Virus record (IMG/VR): IMGVR_UViG_3300030329_006583
Coordinates: 1-64,000 of that record
DNA length: 64,000 nucleotides
Strand: one strand, 5' to 3'
The translations under genes and the position numbers were made by a program. The number at the start of each line of letters is the position of its first letter. Within the stretch, counting starts at the first letter, position 1. The notes under the pieces were generated by a model. The model did not search any database. It saw only the letters and a program-made list of their open reading frames with translations, and had not been told where the DNA came from. This document shows positions 18,918-29,264 of this stretch, piece after piece.

Positions 18918-21900
18918 TTATACCCGGGGTCCTGGGACTAATCTCAGGTTGTCTTCCTCGCGAACTTCCTCTGGTTTCTTACCACTTAAAAATGCCATAG
19001 TGTTTATCTTGTCCATGTTAACAGTAATATGAAGATTAAATTTAAAACTTCCCTTCCCAACATCTATCATATAACGATTGGCACCGGTGGCAACGGCATT
19101 AGCGAAATTATCTAACGCAACCCCAAAAGTATGATTTTCTACCTGCGCAAACATATCGTCTAGTTCTGCTATTCTTGCGACTACTTCATCAATGGCCACG
19201 AGCGCATCATCACTAACATCAGATCCGACCTTAGATAAAACCTTCCCCAGTGTCACAAAGTTCTTGCCAATCTGGGTAGCATCACTTATACCTGTCTCCA
19301 ATTGCTCTGCAACTTTACCCAAACCTTTAGGGAGTTTCATTGCTGCAATGCTTCCCAAAAGATACTCCACAGAACTGTTATTCATAACCCCATAAGGAAC
19401 AAAAAACGCAGTAACAAAATCCCGAATTAAATCAGCCTCTGTAAAAGGATCTGTTTTACCACCTGAACCAAATGCACTAGAAAGTGTTGTAATCCCATCA
19501 ATCACCGGCGCAAGATCCTTAAATGCACTGGCCATTACCTGTAAGTTCCATTTTTGTTTCTTCCCTATTTTTATGGATCCCACACTTTTAAACATGCGAT
19601 TTAACAGGCCGCCTGAGCCACCGAATTTTTCCATGAAATTGGTAATGGCGGTAATTGTTTTTTCCAGTGGTCCTCCCGTGGTTTTTCCAATAAGGCGTGC
19701 CTGGATTGCTACTACATCCATCGTAGGCCCAGAACCTGCAAATGGTCCTTTTGGATCACCAAACACCTCACCGATACTACCGACTATGCTCATCACAGAT
19801 TTAACAACGTCAAGCCTTTTAATGATAGTGTTGGGATCCTTGAAGACATCGCTACCTACCATACCAAGAAGGCCTACAACGAGGCGTCTAATCCGGGGGA
19901 GTGCACCAACAACAGAATCAACCACACCACCCACGAATGTCGTTTGTTGATCTAAGGCATGCTGAAAACGCCTGACGTTAACGTCATATGACACCTTCTT
20001 ACTCAGGAACTTTGTGGCCAGTTCAATCCCGTCACTACCCATCTTGCCAATCATTGTGATAACCTCCAAGGTAGCTAAAAACATCTTTGAGCCTGCTTTC
20101 CACACCTCGGGGCTAACATCACTTTGACCTATTGTCTTCATCATCGGTTGAAGATCATTGGCTATATCATTCACCACGGTTCCTAAATCCTTAACCACGG
20201 TATAAAACACAGAATCTTTATTGAGGTGCTCCACCAAATCCATGCCTTCCTCACGCATCGCCTCTTTAAGCCTAGCGCCGGATCTGCTTTTTTGATAATG
20301 TTCCAAATCGTCAATTAAGGGTTCTGCAAATTCTCCCATGGTATTGAGAATGGATGACAGGCCTTGAAATATTGGGCCGATAGATTCCATAAATGGACCG
20401 ATTTTTGAAAAATCCTTACCTGCGGTGGCGTGTGTAATTTGTTTAACAAACAGTCCCATTTGTACAATGATAGAATTGATAATGTGAGCTGAAGTTTCCT
20501 TAATCTCACTTACCACATCCCCCATTTCCTTCATGTCCTCGCCCCAGTTATCTGCCGCGGCCTTAAGAATTGTGGCATCGGCGGCGCTTGCACCTAACGA
20601 ACCCACCGTATCCGCCACTGCACTCATTACACCAGCTAGCGCCGTAGCAACTTGTGCACCTTCCTCTGAAATGTCTGGGAGTTTTGCTAACTGAACCATT
20701 TTATCAACAAAGGAAACTAGCCCATTTTGCAAAAGCTTATCAATGAGTATGTGCACCTGGGCCATATTACCAGCAAATGTCTCCACTTTGTCTCCAGACA
20801 TCGCGCTGGGTTTTGCCGCCTGTATCATGGTACCCACGCCTTGGATTATTCCACCCACGGAATTCAGCATGGAACTGACTGCCTCTGTGACAAGTTTGAA
20901 TTTGTTTGGATCACCGATCTTGTTGCTTACGTTTTTAATGGATTCTAGAGCTGGAACTAATTCGGATATTAATATCCCAACAAAACCGGCAATAGCTGCA
21001 AATCCTACGGCTATAATCCCGGCGCCGATACCAAATGATGCAACTGCCAGGGCACCGACCATCGCGGCAACTGGGATCACCAAGGCCATAACGCCTAGCA
21101 TCACGCCTAAACCGGTCATAAATTTACCGGTTGCCTCCAGCCTCTCTACCGATACCTCATCCAACATCCACACAATTGCGCGGCCGATGCCACCGATTGC
21201 CAACATGAATAGACCCAACAATACCATCCCGGTGGCAGTCTCCTTCAATGGAAATTTCCCAACCCAGGCAGCGGCCATGGCAGCGGCCATTCCCCCGGCG
21301 AGCATGGTTGCCATCAAGAGAGAAAAAGCCGTGACCTTTTCGGGAGTCAAGTTGTTAGCCCCATCAATAGCATCAATAAGAGGAATCATCACATATGTAG
21401 TCATCGCATACAAAAATGCGCCAATCATAACCAAATTTGCCGCCTGACCCGCTAATTGCTTACCCAGTTGAGACCAAGTCTGGCCCGCCCCTGCGGCATC
21501 TGCAGCCCCGCCGGCGGAGCTGGCCCAATCAAACATGCCGCCAATTCCACTGACTAGTCCCCCAATAAGTCTCCCAATACCCATAATAGCGGGAATCAAA
21601 ATAGGCGCTAACATCAATGCAATCCCAGCACCTAAGGCATATACTGCATATCTCACATATTCGTTATCCCACAATGATGTAATAATTTCACCAAACCATG
21701 CCTGAATCTTAGGGGCATATTCTTCCCATTTGTTTTGAAGCATGGGAAATACCACATCCCATAGCTCACCTAACGCCACCCCCAGCTCATAAAATGATGG
21801 ACCCAGAGATTCCGCCAATTGGGACCATATTGCCCCAAACATTTCTTTGGTAGCTTCCCATAGTTCACTAAACGGACCAGCAGAAGGATTTTGAATCCAG

Positions 21901-23795
21901 GCAGTAAGCCACCTAATACCCTTCGTAAGGGCTTCAGCAGCAATTTGAGCCAAACCTATAAAAATATTTTTAATGGCTGTCATAAACTCGCCAAAACCGC
22001 CCAACACATCGCCGGCGCCTCCGGTACCGCCTTTCAACCATTTCATAAAAGTGTCACTTATGCTGGATAAAAATGATTTAACCCCTTCCGGACCATCTTT
22101 TATTGCCTTGAAAAATTCCTTAAATGCCTTTTTAATCGGATCTAAAAGTTGTTTTTGAAAACGATTTTTATCAAACATCTGTGATAAACCATCCAACATC
22201 TTTTTAATACCGGGAAAAAATTCAACAAAATCCTTGCCGATTTCTCGAAACGCCCTACGTGTTCTGTGAAGAGCACCCCTGAAATTATTCATTAATTTCA
22301 TAAATGGACGACTCCAAGTAATCCCCTGGAGAAATCCTTCTTGCATTGCTTCTAGGAACGATTTGAGCGGACCACCGGCATGAACCAATTTTTTAATCTC
22401 ATCACGCAGCTCACGAAGAATATTCACAGTTTGTTCCTGTGGGGACATTGCAGCTTCGGCACCTTTCTTAAGCTCATCATAAGACTTACCTTGATTTTCA
22501 AGGGAGAAAATTGACATCATTGTGGCATCGTCCAACCCAAGTTGCTGTTGAATAAAAGCCTTTTGATGGAAATTCATATTAGATATATCTTTACCGGCAG
22601 CAAAAAACGCCCGACGATATTCTTCAATAATTTTAGAGGGATTCTCAGCCTTCATCAGTTTCTGTAAATCTAATTGAACACCCATGGCGGCGCTCAAATT
22701 AGCAACGCTGCTAGCTGCATCCTCAAAATCCAAAAATTTATCCATGATGCCCGCAAGAGCCTTAATGGATACGCCCATTTTTTTAGCATGAGCCGCCACT
22801 GCCACCTGTGTTTCTGTGCTCATGTGACCGAAGTGCAAGAAATCTTCCGCCATTTCACCCAAAGCTTTACCGATGCGTTTGGTAGAAATCCCAAATTCTG
22901 TATACATGGCATGAGCACCGTGGGATATTTTTTCCATATCCTTCACCACATCTCTTCCCATATAAAAAGACGTCTTCATCATCATGGCCTGTTGGTGTGC
23001 GGTCAAGCCAAGAATTTTCCGGTATGCCCCTATTGCCGTGGAGGTAGGTCCCTCAAATAAATGTGCCAATTTACCATATGTATCACCAAGCTCAATCCCG
23101 GTTTCAACGTTATATCTTAGAATAGACGCTAAACCCTTTTGACCAAAACCAAATACCTGGCCCAAACTTAACCCGGTTCCGGCTAGGTTTTTCGATTCTT
23201 TTCGCGCTTGCTTAACAACGCCGATCATTGCCTTACCTTCTTTCTTTGACAATGATCCAAACGTTTCACGGACCTCTTCATAGGCCTCACGTAAATCTGT
23301 CACCGCAGGACGACTACCTGCAAACTCTATTAATCCACCCAGTATCTTTAAAGGCAACATAAGTAGGGACGCGCCAAAGGTCACAATCCCTCTCACGGCG
23401 CTACCAAGGAAACCTATCACGCCCTGAATGGCACCACCAATTTTTCCAAATATAGATGATACCCCTAATAAACCCGCGGCACCTGTCACCACACCAGCTA
23501 TGGAGGAACCGAGGCCACTGCTTTGTTCTGCAGCTTCCTCTGCGGAATCTGCAATGTCATCCATCTCGTCTTTGGTTTTATTGGCTTGTTTTGCGGCGTC
23601 TTCAAGCCCATCTCGCATCTCTTTAACGCGATTGGTGGTATCAGACGGGGGGCAATTAGAAAGTGCCTTACACATCCGCTCAGATATCTTGGATTGATTT
23701 GCAAACAACTTCGCCTGCTTCTTCAGCAAACTCTCGCGTTCCTTAATCAAATCATTAATTTGTTGTTGTAATTGAAGTTGTTGTCCTAAATCCAC
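18918..23795 (-). CDS. Tail tape measure protein
   Basis: 1625 aa, Ala/Gly-rich helical composition, N-terminal coiled coil, several hydrophobic segments; downstream of tube and chaperones; GTG start. Confidence 0.85.
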   Translation of the reverse strand: MDLGQQLQLQQQINDLIKERESLLKKQAKLFANQSKISERMCKALSNCPPSDTTNRVKEMRDGLEDAAKQANKTKDEMDDIADSAEEAAEQSSGLGSSIAGVVTGAAGLLGVSSIFGKIGGAIQGVIGFLGSAVRGIVTFGASLLMLPLKILGGLIEFAGSRPAVTDLREAYEEVRETFGSLSKKEGKAMIGVVKQARKESKNLAGTGLSLGQVFGFGQKGLASILRYNVETGIELGDTYGKLAHLFEGPTSTAIGAYRKILGLTAHQQAMMMKTSFYMGRDVVKDMEKISHGAHAMYTEFGISTKRIGKALGEMAEDFLHFGHMSTETQVAVAAHAKKMGVSIKALAGIMDKFLDFEDAASSVANLSAAMGVQLDLQKLMKAENPSKIIEEYRRAFFAAGKDISNMNFHQKAFIQQQLGLDDATMMSIFSLENQGKSYDELKKGAEAAMSPQEQTVNILRELRDEIKKLVHAGGPLKSFLEAMQEGFLQGITWSRPFMKLMNNFRGALHRTRRAFREIGKDFVEFFPGIKKMLDGLSQMFDKNRFQKQLLDPIKKAFKEFFKAIKDGPEGVKSFLSSISDTFMKWLKGGTGGAGDVLGGFGEFMTAIKNIFIGLAQIAAEALTKGIRWLTAWIQNPSAGPFSELWEATKEMFGAIWSQLAESLGPSFYELGVALGELWDVVFPMLQNKWEEYAPKIQAWFGEIITSLWDNEYVRYAVYALGAGIALMLAPILIPAIMGIGRLIGGLVSGIGGMFDWASSAGGAADAAGAGQTWSQLGKQLAGQAANLVMIGAFLYAMTTYVMIPLIDAIDGANNLTPEKVTAFSLLMATMLAGGMAAAMAAAWVGKFPLKETATGMVLLGLFMLAIGGIGRAIVWMLDEVSVERLEATGKFMTGLGVMLGVMALVIPVAAMVGALAVASFGIGAGIIAVGFAAIAGFVGILISELVPALESIKNVSNKIGDPNKFKLVTEAVSSMLNSVGGIIQGVGTMIQAAKPSAMSGDKVETFAGNMAQVHILIDKLLQNGLVSFVDKMVQLAKLPDISEEGAQVATALAGVMSAVADTVGSLGASAADATILKAAADNWGEDMKEMGDVVSEIKETSAHIINSIIVQMGLFVKQITHATAGKDFSKIGPFMESIGPIFQGLSSILNTMGEFAEPLIDDLEHYQKSRSGARLKEAMREEGMDLVEHLNKDSVFYTVVKDLGTVVNDIANDLQPMMKTIGQSDVSPEVWKAGSKMFLATLEVITMIGKMGSDGIELATKFLSKKVSYDVNVRRFQHALDQQTTFVGGVVDSVVGALPRIRRLVVGLLGMVGSDVFKDPNTIIKRLDVVKSVMSIVGSIGEVFGDPKGPFAGSGPTMDVVAIQARLIGKTTGGPLEKTITAITNFMEKFGGSGGLLNRMFKSVGSIKIGKKQKWNLQVMASAFKDLAPVIDGITTLSSAFGSGGKTDPFTEADLIRDFVTAFFVPYGVMNNSSVEYLLGSIAAMKLPKGLGKVAEQLETGISDATQIGKNFVTLGKVLSKVGSDVSDDALVAIDEVVARIAELDDMFAQVENHTFGVALDNFANAVATGANRYMIDVGKGSFKFNLHITVNMDKINTMAFLSGKKPEEVREEDNLRLVPGPRV

Positions 23796-23832
23796 AACGG
23801 TAGCCCTCTACAAAATAAACTGTTCCATAAAG

Positions 23833-23839
23833 TAATTAT
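23833..23839 (-). promoter_or_regulatory. Candidate late-promoter motif ATAATTA (tape measure)
   Basis: 37 nt before the GTG; same motif class as before other virion genes. Confidence 0.45.
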
Positions 23840-23861
23840 GGCGCTGAATAATATTATGGGA

Positions 23862-24116
23862 CTAAAGTGGCCAAGAGAATCCAAAGCATTGCCTAAATTC
23901 ATTAGCTGCAATGCGTTTTTTATTGATTTTCTCCCTGACAATATCTAGCGTAGATGACTCATCATTAAGGGTTTCATATAATTGCTTTGATGCATTAACA
24001 ACATTCTCAGCAATAGAAACGGTCTTTTGATTGCCTGTGAATTGCAACCGTACCGGAGAACCCTTAATATGAGCAGCTGCCGAACCTATAAGTTTTTTTG
24101 CAAAATCTTTCTTCAT
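23862..24116 (-). CDS. Hypothetical protein in tail module
   Basis: 84 aa; AAAGGTG SD; preceded by CTATTTATA. Confidence 0.6.
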   Translation of the reverse strand: MKKDFAKKLIGSAAAHIKGSPVRLQFTGNQKTVSIAENVVNASKQLYETLNDESSTLDIVREKINKKRIAANEFRQCFGFSWPL

Positions 24117-24144
24117 AACACACCTTTATATAAATAGGCATACC

Positions 24145-24408
24145 TTAAGTAAACCTTCTTAATTTTGCCGGTACCTGTGATCTAGATCTACCTTGCAGCT
24201 CACGCCCGGAAGGCGTATTTGAATGTAGGGCACGGGAAGCATTTTGATCTTTCTTATTGGCGCGCTCTATTTCTGTATTAATGCGTTTTAAAAACCATAT
24301 ACGTTGCCATACCGGAAGTGCATAAGCCTCCATGTACGTAAAACCCATATAATACATTAAACCAAATATGTGCTCTAAAAAGAATTCTTTATTATCCGGC
24401 GTCAGGCC
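24145..24408 (-). CDS. Tail assembly chaperone distal part (gp51/T-like), probably expressed by frameshift
   Basis: ORF from ATG 24357 has no SD. Its frame stays open back through the U7 run at 24409-24415, giving FGLTPDNKEFFLEHIFGLMYYMGFTYMEAYALPVWQRIWFL. Confidence 0.65.
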   Translation of the reverse strand, partial: GLTPDNKEFFLEHIFGLMYYMGFTYMEAYALPVWQRIWFLKRINTEIERANKKDQNASRALHSNTPSGRELQGRSRSQVPAKLRRFT

Positions 24409-25258
24409 AAAAAAAGCTGGCCCCCATCGGGAGACGTACCTCCGAATGCTCCCCGCAGTGCATGCACTCCATCCATCCCTTCATGTCAATTCCTGGTTCA
24501 TTAGAATCAATGTGTTTTCTCAGGAAAAGAGAATCTCGAGCCGGCATATTACGTACAAAAAAGTTGATCTTATTTTTATCACTCACACCATCTACAGCCA
24601 CAATCTGGCGGGAGAATCTTTCCGTAACCAAGGTGTCAGTTTGCACCCCTTGCTTCTTTTTTCTCTCTGCCATCACCATCATGTCTCTTTCATCAACACC
24701 TGTCATAAAACGAAAACGGATGGTTTTTTTGGTCAATGGTAACTTCACCTCAAACAGATTGGCACCGGCTGCGACGGGAGCCAGGTTCAGTCTCTTAATT
24801 GGTAACTCAGCTAAATTAAATTCCTGCTTGCTTTTTTCATTACATGCAGGACATTCCACCTCTATGGGATATTCCGTACCATAACCCGTTACTCTCACCG
24901 CAGTCATGATTGCATTACGATCACCAACCAACATCTCATTAACATTAATATTTTTGTTAACAAGGCAAGACTTAAGTAATTCAGTGATTACAGTACCTTT
25001 TCTAATCAAAGCACGAGAAGTCAATATATCTTCCTCTCTTGCCGTCATTGCCTTAATGGAAACAGTCTCTTGACAATATAATGGAGAATCGGATTCATAT
25101 ATGACACCCATGGAAGGGAGGGGTACGTTTTCAACTGGAACTTCATACCCAAAGTCATCTTTCATAACATTACTAGTTTGGGTGCCCGGTTGTAAATCAT
25201 TGGGAACACCACTAGTAAATACTTCGTTTCTTGCCTGTCTGGACGTATCGTCTGACAT
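24392..25258 (-). CDS. Tail/baseplate assembly chaperone (T4 gp26-like)
   Basis: VPLPSMG..Y, IKAMTAREEDILTS, GDRNAIMTAVRVTGYG, CPAC and CMHC pairs, ends ...MGASFFWPDAG; immediately downstream of tail tube. Confidence 0.75.
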   Translation of the reverse strand: MSDDTSRQARNEVFTSGVPNDLQPGTQTSNVMKDDFGYEVPVENVPLPSMGVIYESDSPLYCQETVSIKAMTAREEDILTSRALIRKGTVITELLKSCLVNKNINVNEMLVGDRNAIMTAVRVTGYGTEYPIEVECPACNEKSKQEFNLAELPIKRLNLAPVAAGANLFEVKLPLTKKTIRFRFMTGVDERDMMVMAERKKKQGVQTDTLVTERFSRQIVAVDGVSDKNKINFFVRNMPARDSLFLRKHIDSNEPGIDMKGWMECMHCGEHSEVRLPMGASFFWPDAG

Positions 25259-25286
25259 CTATCACCTCATGAGTTAATAACTACTC

Positions 25287-25293
25287 TAAATAT
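25287..25293 (-). promoter_or_regulatory. Candidate late-promoter motif ATATTTA (chaperone)
   Basis: 28 nt before the ATG, just downstream of a terminator. Confidence 0.5.
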
Positions 25294-25318
25294 CATTAAA
25301 ATTTAAATTATTGTAAAC

Positions 25319-25353
25319 AAAAAAACCCCTTACCTCACATAAAGGTAAAGGGG
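25319..25353 (-). terminator. Rho-independent terminator after tail tube gene
   Basis: CCCCTT-ACCT / AGGT-A-AAGGGG stem with one bulge, followed by a U-run on the minus strand. Confidence 0.7.
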
Positions 25354-25379
25354 CTTTTGCAAATATTTGGGATCACTAA

Positions 25380-25868
25380 TTAGTATTGCAAGACGCAATT
25401 ATCAAAACGAAGTGTCAAACTAATTTCAGCAGGATCCTCTGAACCATAATCCAGATCACCAAATCCTGCGCTGGTGATAAAGCAACCTTTGATATCCCAA
25501 AGTTCAACAACCGTTCCTACAGGATCAAGAAGCTTAAGTTGACAATCCCTCTTGTAAAAATCAGCATAACCACCCCGACCTGACACAGATTCAAAATGAG
25601 TTCTAACCCATTCCATAACCTGCTGTGCACCAGAGGGTGCAATCGGATCGTGAAGAGTCACTGACATAGTTTCAAACTTTGTCTTACCCGCAAGGTAACG
25701 ATGTGAATTGATAAACGGAATTTCCTGTTCTGAAGTTGTGAACGTAGGACGTGCCGCTGTTTTCATCAAATAAGAATCAATACCTTCAATAGCAAAAACC
25801 CAACGAAATTTACGCTTTGGTTCAAACTTATTAGGTAACATATCTGTGACTGAAAGAGTCTCTGCCAT
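25380..25868 (-). CDS. Tail tube protein (T4 gp19-like)
   Basis: FEPKRKFRW..IEGI, AARP, RYLAGK, LHDPIAPSGAQQVMEW, GYADFYKRD, LDPVGTVVE, LDYGSEDP, LTLRFD. Confidence 0.9.
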   Translation of the reverse strand: MAETLSVTDMLPNKFEPKRKFRWVFAIEGIDSYLMKTAARPTFTTSEQEIPFINSHRYLAGKTKFETMSVTLHDPIAPSGAQQVMEWVRTHFESVSGRGGYADFYKRDCQLKLLDPVGTVVELWDIKGCFITSAGFGDLDYGSEDPAEISLTLRFDNCVLQY

Positions 25869-25895
25869 TTTATTCTCCTAAGTGTTTCCTTTAAC

Positions 25896-25902
25896 TAAAT
25901 AT
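25896..25902 (-). promoter_or_regulatory. Candidate late-promoter motif ATATTTA (tail tube)
   Basis: 27 nt before the ATG. Confidence 0.5.
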
Positions 25903-25938
25903 AATCCTATATTAAAAAGTTTTAGTTTGTTCCCTTAT

Positions 25939-28900
25939 TTAGAGGCCATCATTATCCAAAGTGTTAGTAACCACAAAATCAAGTGATATAAATTCAACCG
26001 AACGCGTAGGCTGTAAGAAGATTTTACCCCGAATGGTATTGTTCTCAATATCTGCCTGTGTAGTTGTGGTGGAATCAATCTGCACCTTAAATTTATCTAA
26101 ACCCTGCTGCTGCTGAATTGTTGCCAACACCGGGTTAACAGCTGCACTAAAGCGAGCCAACGTAGCCTCACGATTTGGCTCAAAAAGAATGGTGTCAGCA
26201 ATTTTCTTGACCTTTCTCCTAACATCAATCAACAACCTTCTAACATTTACCCTGTCCAGTGAACTCTGGGCTTTAAGCAAGGTTTTCTGACCCCATACAA
26301 TTGGCCCAGTGCCCACATAACTAGTGATTGGGTTAATGTCTGCTTCATATAGATTGTCAAGATTGTCTTGATTGAGAATTGTGTCTACTTCCAAGACATT
26401 GAGGAGTGCACCACGGGTAAATCCTGCAGGTGCAAACCAAGGATGCCCAATGGTATCATTCAGCGAGAAAGCTCCCATCACTGCAACACTAGGTGGCACT
26501 GTCATAATTTCATTAGTGCGTGTATCCAGCAATCTCACATCTGGGAAGTATGCCGCTGCGAAAGATGAATCTAGATTACGCTGTTGGAATCTTGTGATTG
26601 TGTTATTCACATTAACCAACCCATTAGAACTAGTTATAAAGTTGTTAAGTTCATCCTTTTCTTCAATATCCATCACCAACATTGCATCAAATCTATTCTC
26701 AACGGTAGTGATAGCATAATCTGTGATGGTTTTATGCCTAATGCCCGGAATTGAAAGAAGTTTTATATCTGCATCTGTTCTTTCACCCAAGATATCCAAT
26801 GCCTTTCTATAAGCACGGATTGTAGGCCCGTTTTCAACGCCACCTTGACCTGCTATATCATCAAACTGACGCCTCACTGAAAGGTCTGTTTGGTTGAAAT
26901 CCTGCTTGTTGAAAACATTTAGACCATTAAATCCACCCTGCATTATCATATTAAATTTAAGATAAGTTTGGGTATTCGGATCTCCAAAGTCCTTTGAAAC
27001 ATTTAGGAATCGACCTGGTTGGGTTGTGCCATCTGATTTTGTAAGATCTGCCAGCGTAGCATCACGTCGATAACGCGCTGCCTGCCAGTTTTGAGGATCA
27101 GCTTTATCTGCTGCGCTCTGGGTTACCACTTGAACCCTTTCCAACGTAAAGAGATTGTTGCAGAAGATATCTGCATCATACACAGTCCCGGACAAGGGTG
27201 CCTTACCTTCGTTGTCTCCCACCCAAGCATTTTCTATGTTTGTTTGATAATGTGGGAAATATTTTGTCCATGAATCCACACTGCTATCATGTTTAGTGGA
27301 ACGATTAGGCCTAGTAAGGCTGGATTGAACCGTGGTTTGAACACCCCAATACAATCTCTTATCCACCCTGTCAACACTAGCTTCAGTAATTGAAAGTGAT
27401 CGCCTATAAGGTACAGGGGGTTGGGTAATGGAACTAAGGGCTGTTGGAGCGCCTTCTAGGGACAATGCGGTCAGGATGCCCGGCCCTAATTGATTACATG
27501 CACCTGTCACAGCGGTAATAATGTGAGATCCAGATGTCAATAAGTGCCACGGACCCCTAAATCCAAGCGGAAGTGCTGTGGGATCCATTCCTGTTGCACC
27601 AGCATCAACTTCATCACTAACTTTAACCCTAACAAAATTAGAGACATTGGGATATTTACCTTCAATAACTAATTTTTGAGCATCCTCCGTTGTATCCCAG
27701 TGGAAATAAGCATTCATATCCCCGATTTTACGACCAATGTAATTCTCAGAAGCAGGATTTAAATCACAACCGATGAATTTTTCATACACCTTTGGATTCC
27801 TGTCATTATCATGTAAATCCCTAATGTATACATCAAAGGTACCGTATTTATTGCCTGGTTTAACACTATTTGATTTCTTAATATTAAGAATACTTATCTT
27901 AATCCTTTCAGGTGCCAAATCATTAACTGTCGAGGCATAATTACCTACGCCGTCAGACAATGCATAAAACCTGAAAAGGTTTTGCGGACCGTCGCCCATA
28001 TCTTGAGATACCACATAAGAACTAAATGCGGGTTGATAACGATCTTCGAACCCATCAAAGTTTGGCACACCGGCCTCGGAAGTATCTGGAGACCATGCCG
28101 TGTTTCCTGCAGCGGTGCCACTATTATGTGCAATAGATGCTGTCACCATAAACGCAATTTGCTGACCAGGTGCCTTTTGAACCCAGTCCGTGCTTAAGGC
28201 ATTACCACTACCCGACAAAGCGGAATGTGAACCGGTTACCACGGCAAATGCAGGTTGAATGTTCCAATGTGCATAAAGAAGGTGACCGGCTTCCTCCATT
28301 TTAAATGGATCCGTGTTCAGCATATTGGCAAAATATGCATCACCTGCCCGAGGATCAAATGAACATGTATATACGTTAGGATACCCCAAAGCCGGCTTAT
28401 GTCCATTTAAAAGCATCACAAATGCATCTTGGCCATTGGCATTCTTATTAACGTCACCAATAAATCCACCTGCATTACGCCCGGAATTATAACCGCCCCC
28501 AAATTGTGCAGCGGCGTAACCTGCTAGCCCATCTCTTCCTGTAACATATTCATAATATGCAGCCGAAGAAGATAGAGGAATATTGTTTTCATGAAGCACG
28601 CCAGATAGAGATGCAATAACACCACTAGCTGTCATTAACACACCGCGAAGAATGGGCATGGAACCGGTTGATACACTAGCAGTTTCGTACCCGTTACCCG
28701 TGGTACCCCCCAAGATCCCCGCCTCTCTAAATATCGTGGAATTGGAATTGGATTCTGACATGAAACAACCGAACAAAAATGTTCTTCCGGCAATACCATG
28801 TGTATTATTAAGCACACCAGCATATGGGTTATTTCCCATCAATCCATTCGTTTGTACCTGTTGTGCACCCACCACATAACCGGCATTTGTTACTTTTCCT

Positions 28901-29226
28901 GCATTAGGATCAGAAGGTGTTGCAGTGGTGGATCTTTTTTTACCGTCACCAACCCCTAAAACCCTCATGAATGTTCCGGAACGTGAACCATTACTAAACC
29001 ACTGTCTCATCGCCAAGGCACCAAACGTGGTTGAATCAGCATTACCAAATTTAGCTTCAAACTCGCTTAAATTAGGTACTGTTATGGGCACAAATGCCGG
29101 ACCCTTCCTTGAAACACCAATAATCCCAGCAGGGATACCTAAGGGGGATGCAGGGGTGGGACCGGTTAAATCAATTTCACGTCCGGTTACGCCTGGACTT
29201 CTAAAAGGGATAGTCTGTTCACTCAT
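25939..29226 (-). CDS. Tail sheath protein, copy 2 (gp18-like)
   Basis: FRSPGV..REIDL, GPAFVP, WFAPAGFTRG, LYEADINPI, WGQKTL, DRVNVRRLL, FEPN, IFLQPTRSVEFI. Confidence 0.92.
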   Translation of the reverse strand: MSEQTIPFRSPGVTGREIDLTGPTPASPLGIPAGIIGVSRKGPAFVPITVPNLSEFEAKFGNADSTTFGALAMRQWFSNGSRSGTFMRVLGVGDGKKRSTTATPSDPNAGKVTNAGYVVGAQQVQTNGLMGNNPYAGVLNNTHGIAGRTFLFGCFMSESNSNSTIFREAGILGGTTGNGYETASVSTGSMPILRGVLMTASGVIASLSGVLHENNIPLSSSAAYYEYVTGRDGLAGYAAAQFGGGYNSGRNAGGFIGDVNKNANGQDAFVMLLNGHKPALGYPNVYTCSFDPRAGDAYFANMLNTDPFKMEEAGHLLYAHWNIQPAFAVVTGSHSALSGSGNALSTDWVQKAPGQQIAFMVTASIAHNSGTAAGNTAWSPDTSEAGVPNFDGFEDRYQPAFSSYVVSQDMGDGPQNLFRFYALSDGVGNYASTVNDLAPERIKISILNIKKSNSVKPGNKYGTFDVYIRDLHDNDRNPKVYEKFIGCDLNPASENYIGRKIGDMNAYFHWDTTEDAQKLVIEGKYPNVSNFVRVKVSDEVDAGATGMDPTALPLGFRGPWHLLTSGSHIITAVTGACNQLGPGILTALSLEGAPTALSSITQPPVPYRRSLSITEASVDRVDKRLYWGVQTTVQSSLTRPNRSTKHDSSVDSWTKYFPHYQTNIENAWVGDNEGKAPLSGTVYDADIFCNNLFTLERVQVVTQSAADKADPQNWQAARYRRDATLADLTKSDGTTQPGRFLNVSKDFGDPNTQTYLKFNMIMQGGFNGLNVFNKQDFNQTDLSVRRQFDDIAGQGGVENGPTIRAYRKALDILGERTDADIKLLSIPGIRHKTITDYAITTVENRFDAMLVMDIEEKDELNNFITSSNGLVNVNNTITRFQQRNLDSSFAAAYFPDVRLLDTRTNEIMTVPPSVAVMGAFSLNDTIGHPWFAPAGFTRGALLNVLEVDTILNQDNLDNLYEADINPITSYVGTGPIVWGQKTLLKAQSSLDRVNVRRLLIDVRRKVKKIADTILFEPNREATLARFSAAVNPVLATIQQQQGLDKFKVQIDSTTTTQADIENNTIRGKIFLQPTRSVEFISLDFVVTNTLDNDGL

Positions 29227-29264
29227 TATTAAAGCTCCTACAGTGCTTATTAATATCTATCATC

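Noticed and set aside
20743-21447. 234-aa plus-strand ORF
   Set aside because: Antisense shadow of the hydrophobic tape-measure segment; Pro/Ile/Ala-biased with no motif or SD.
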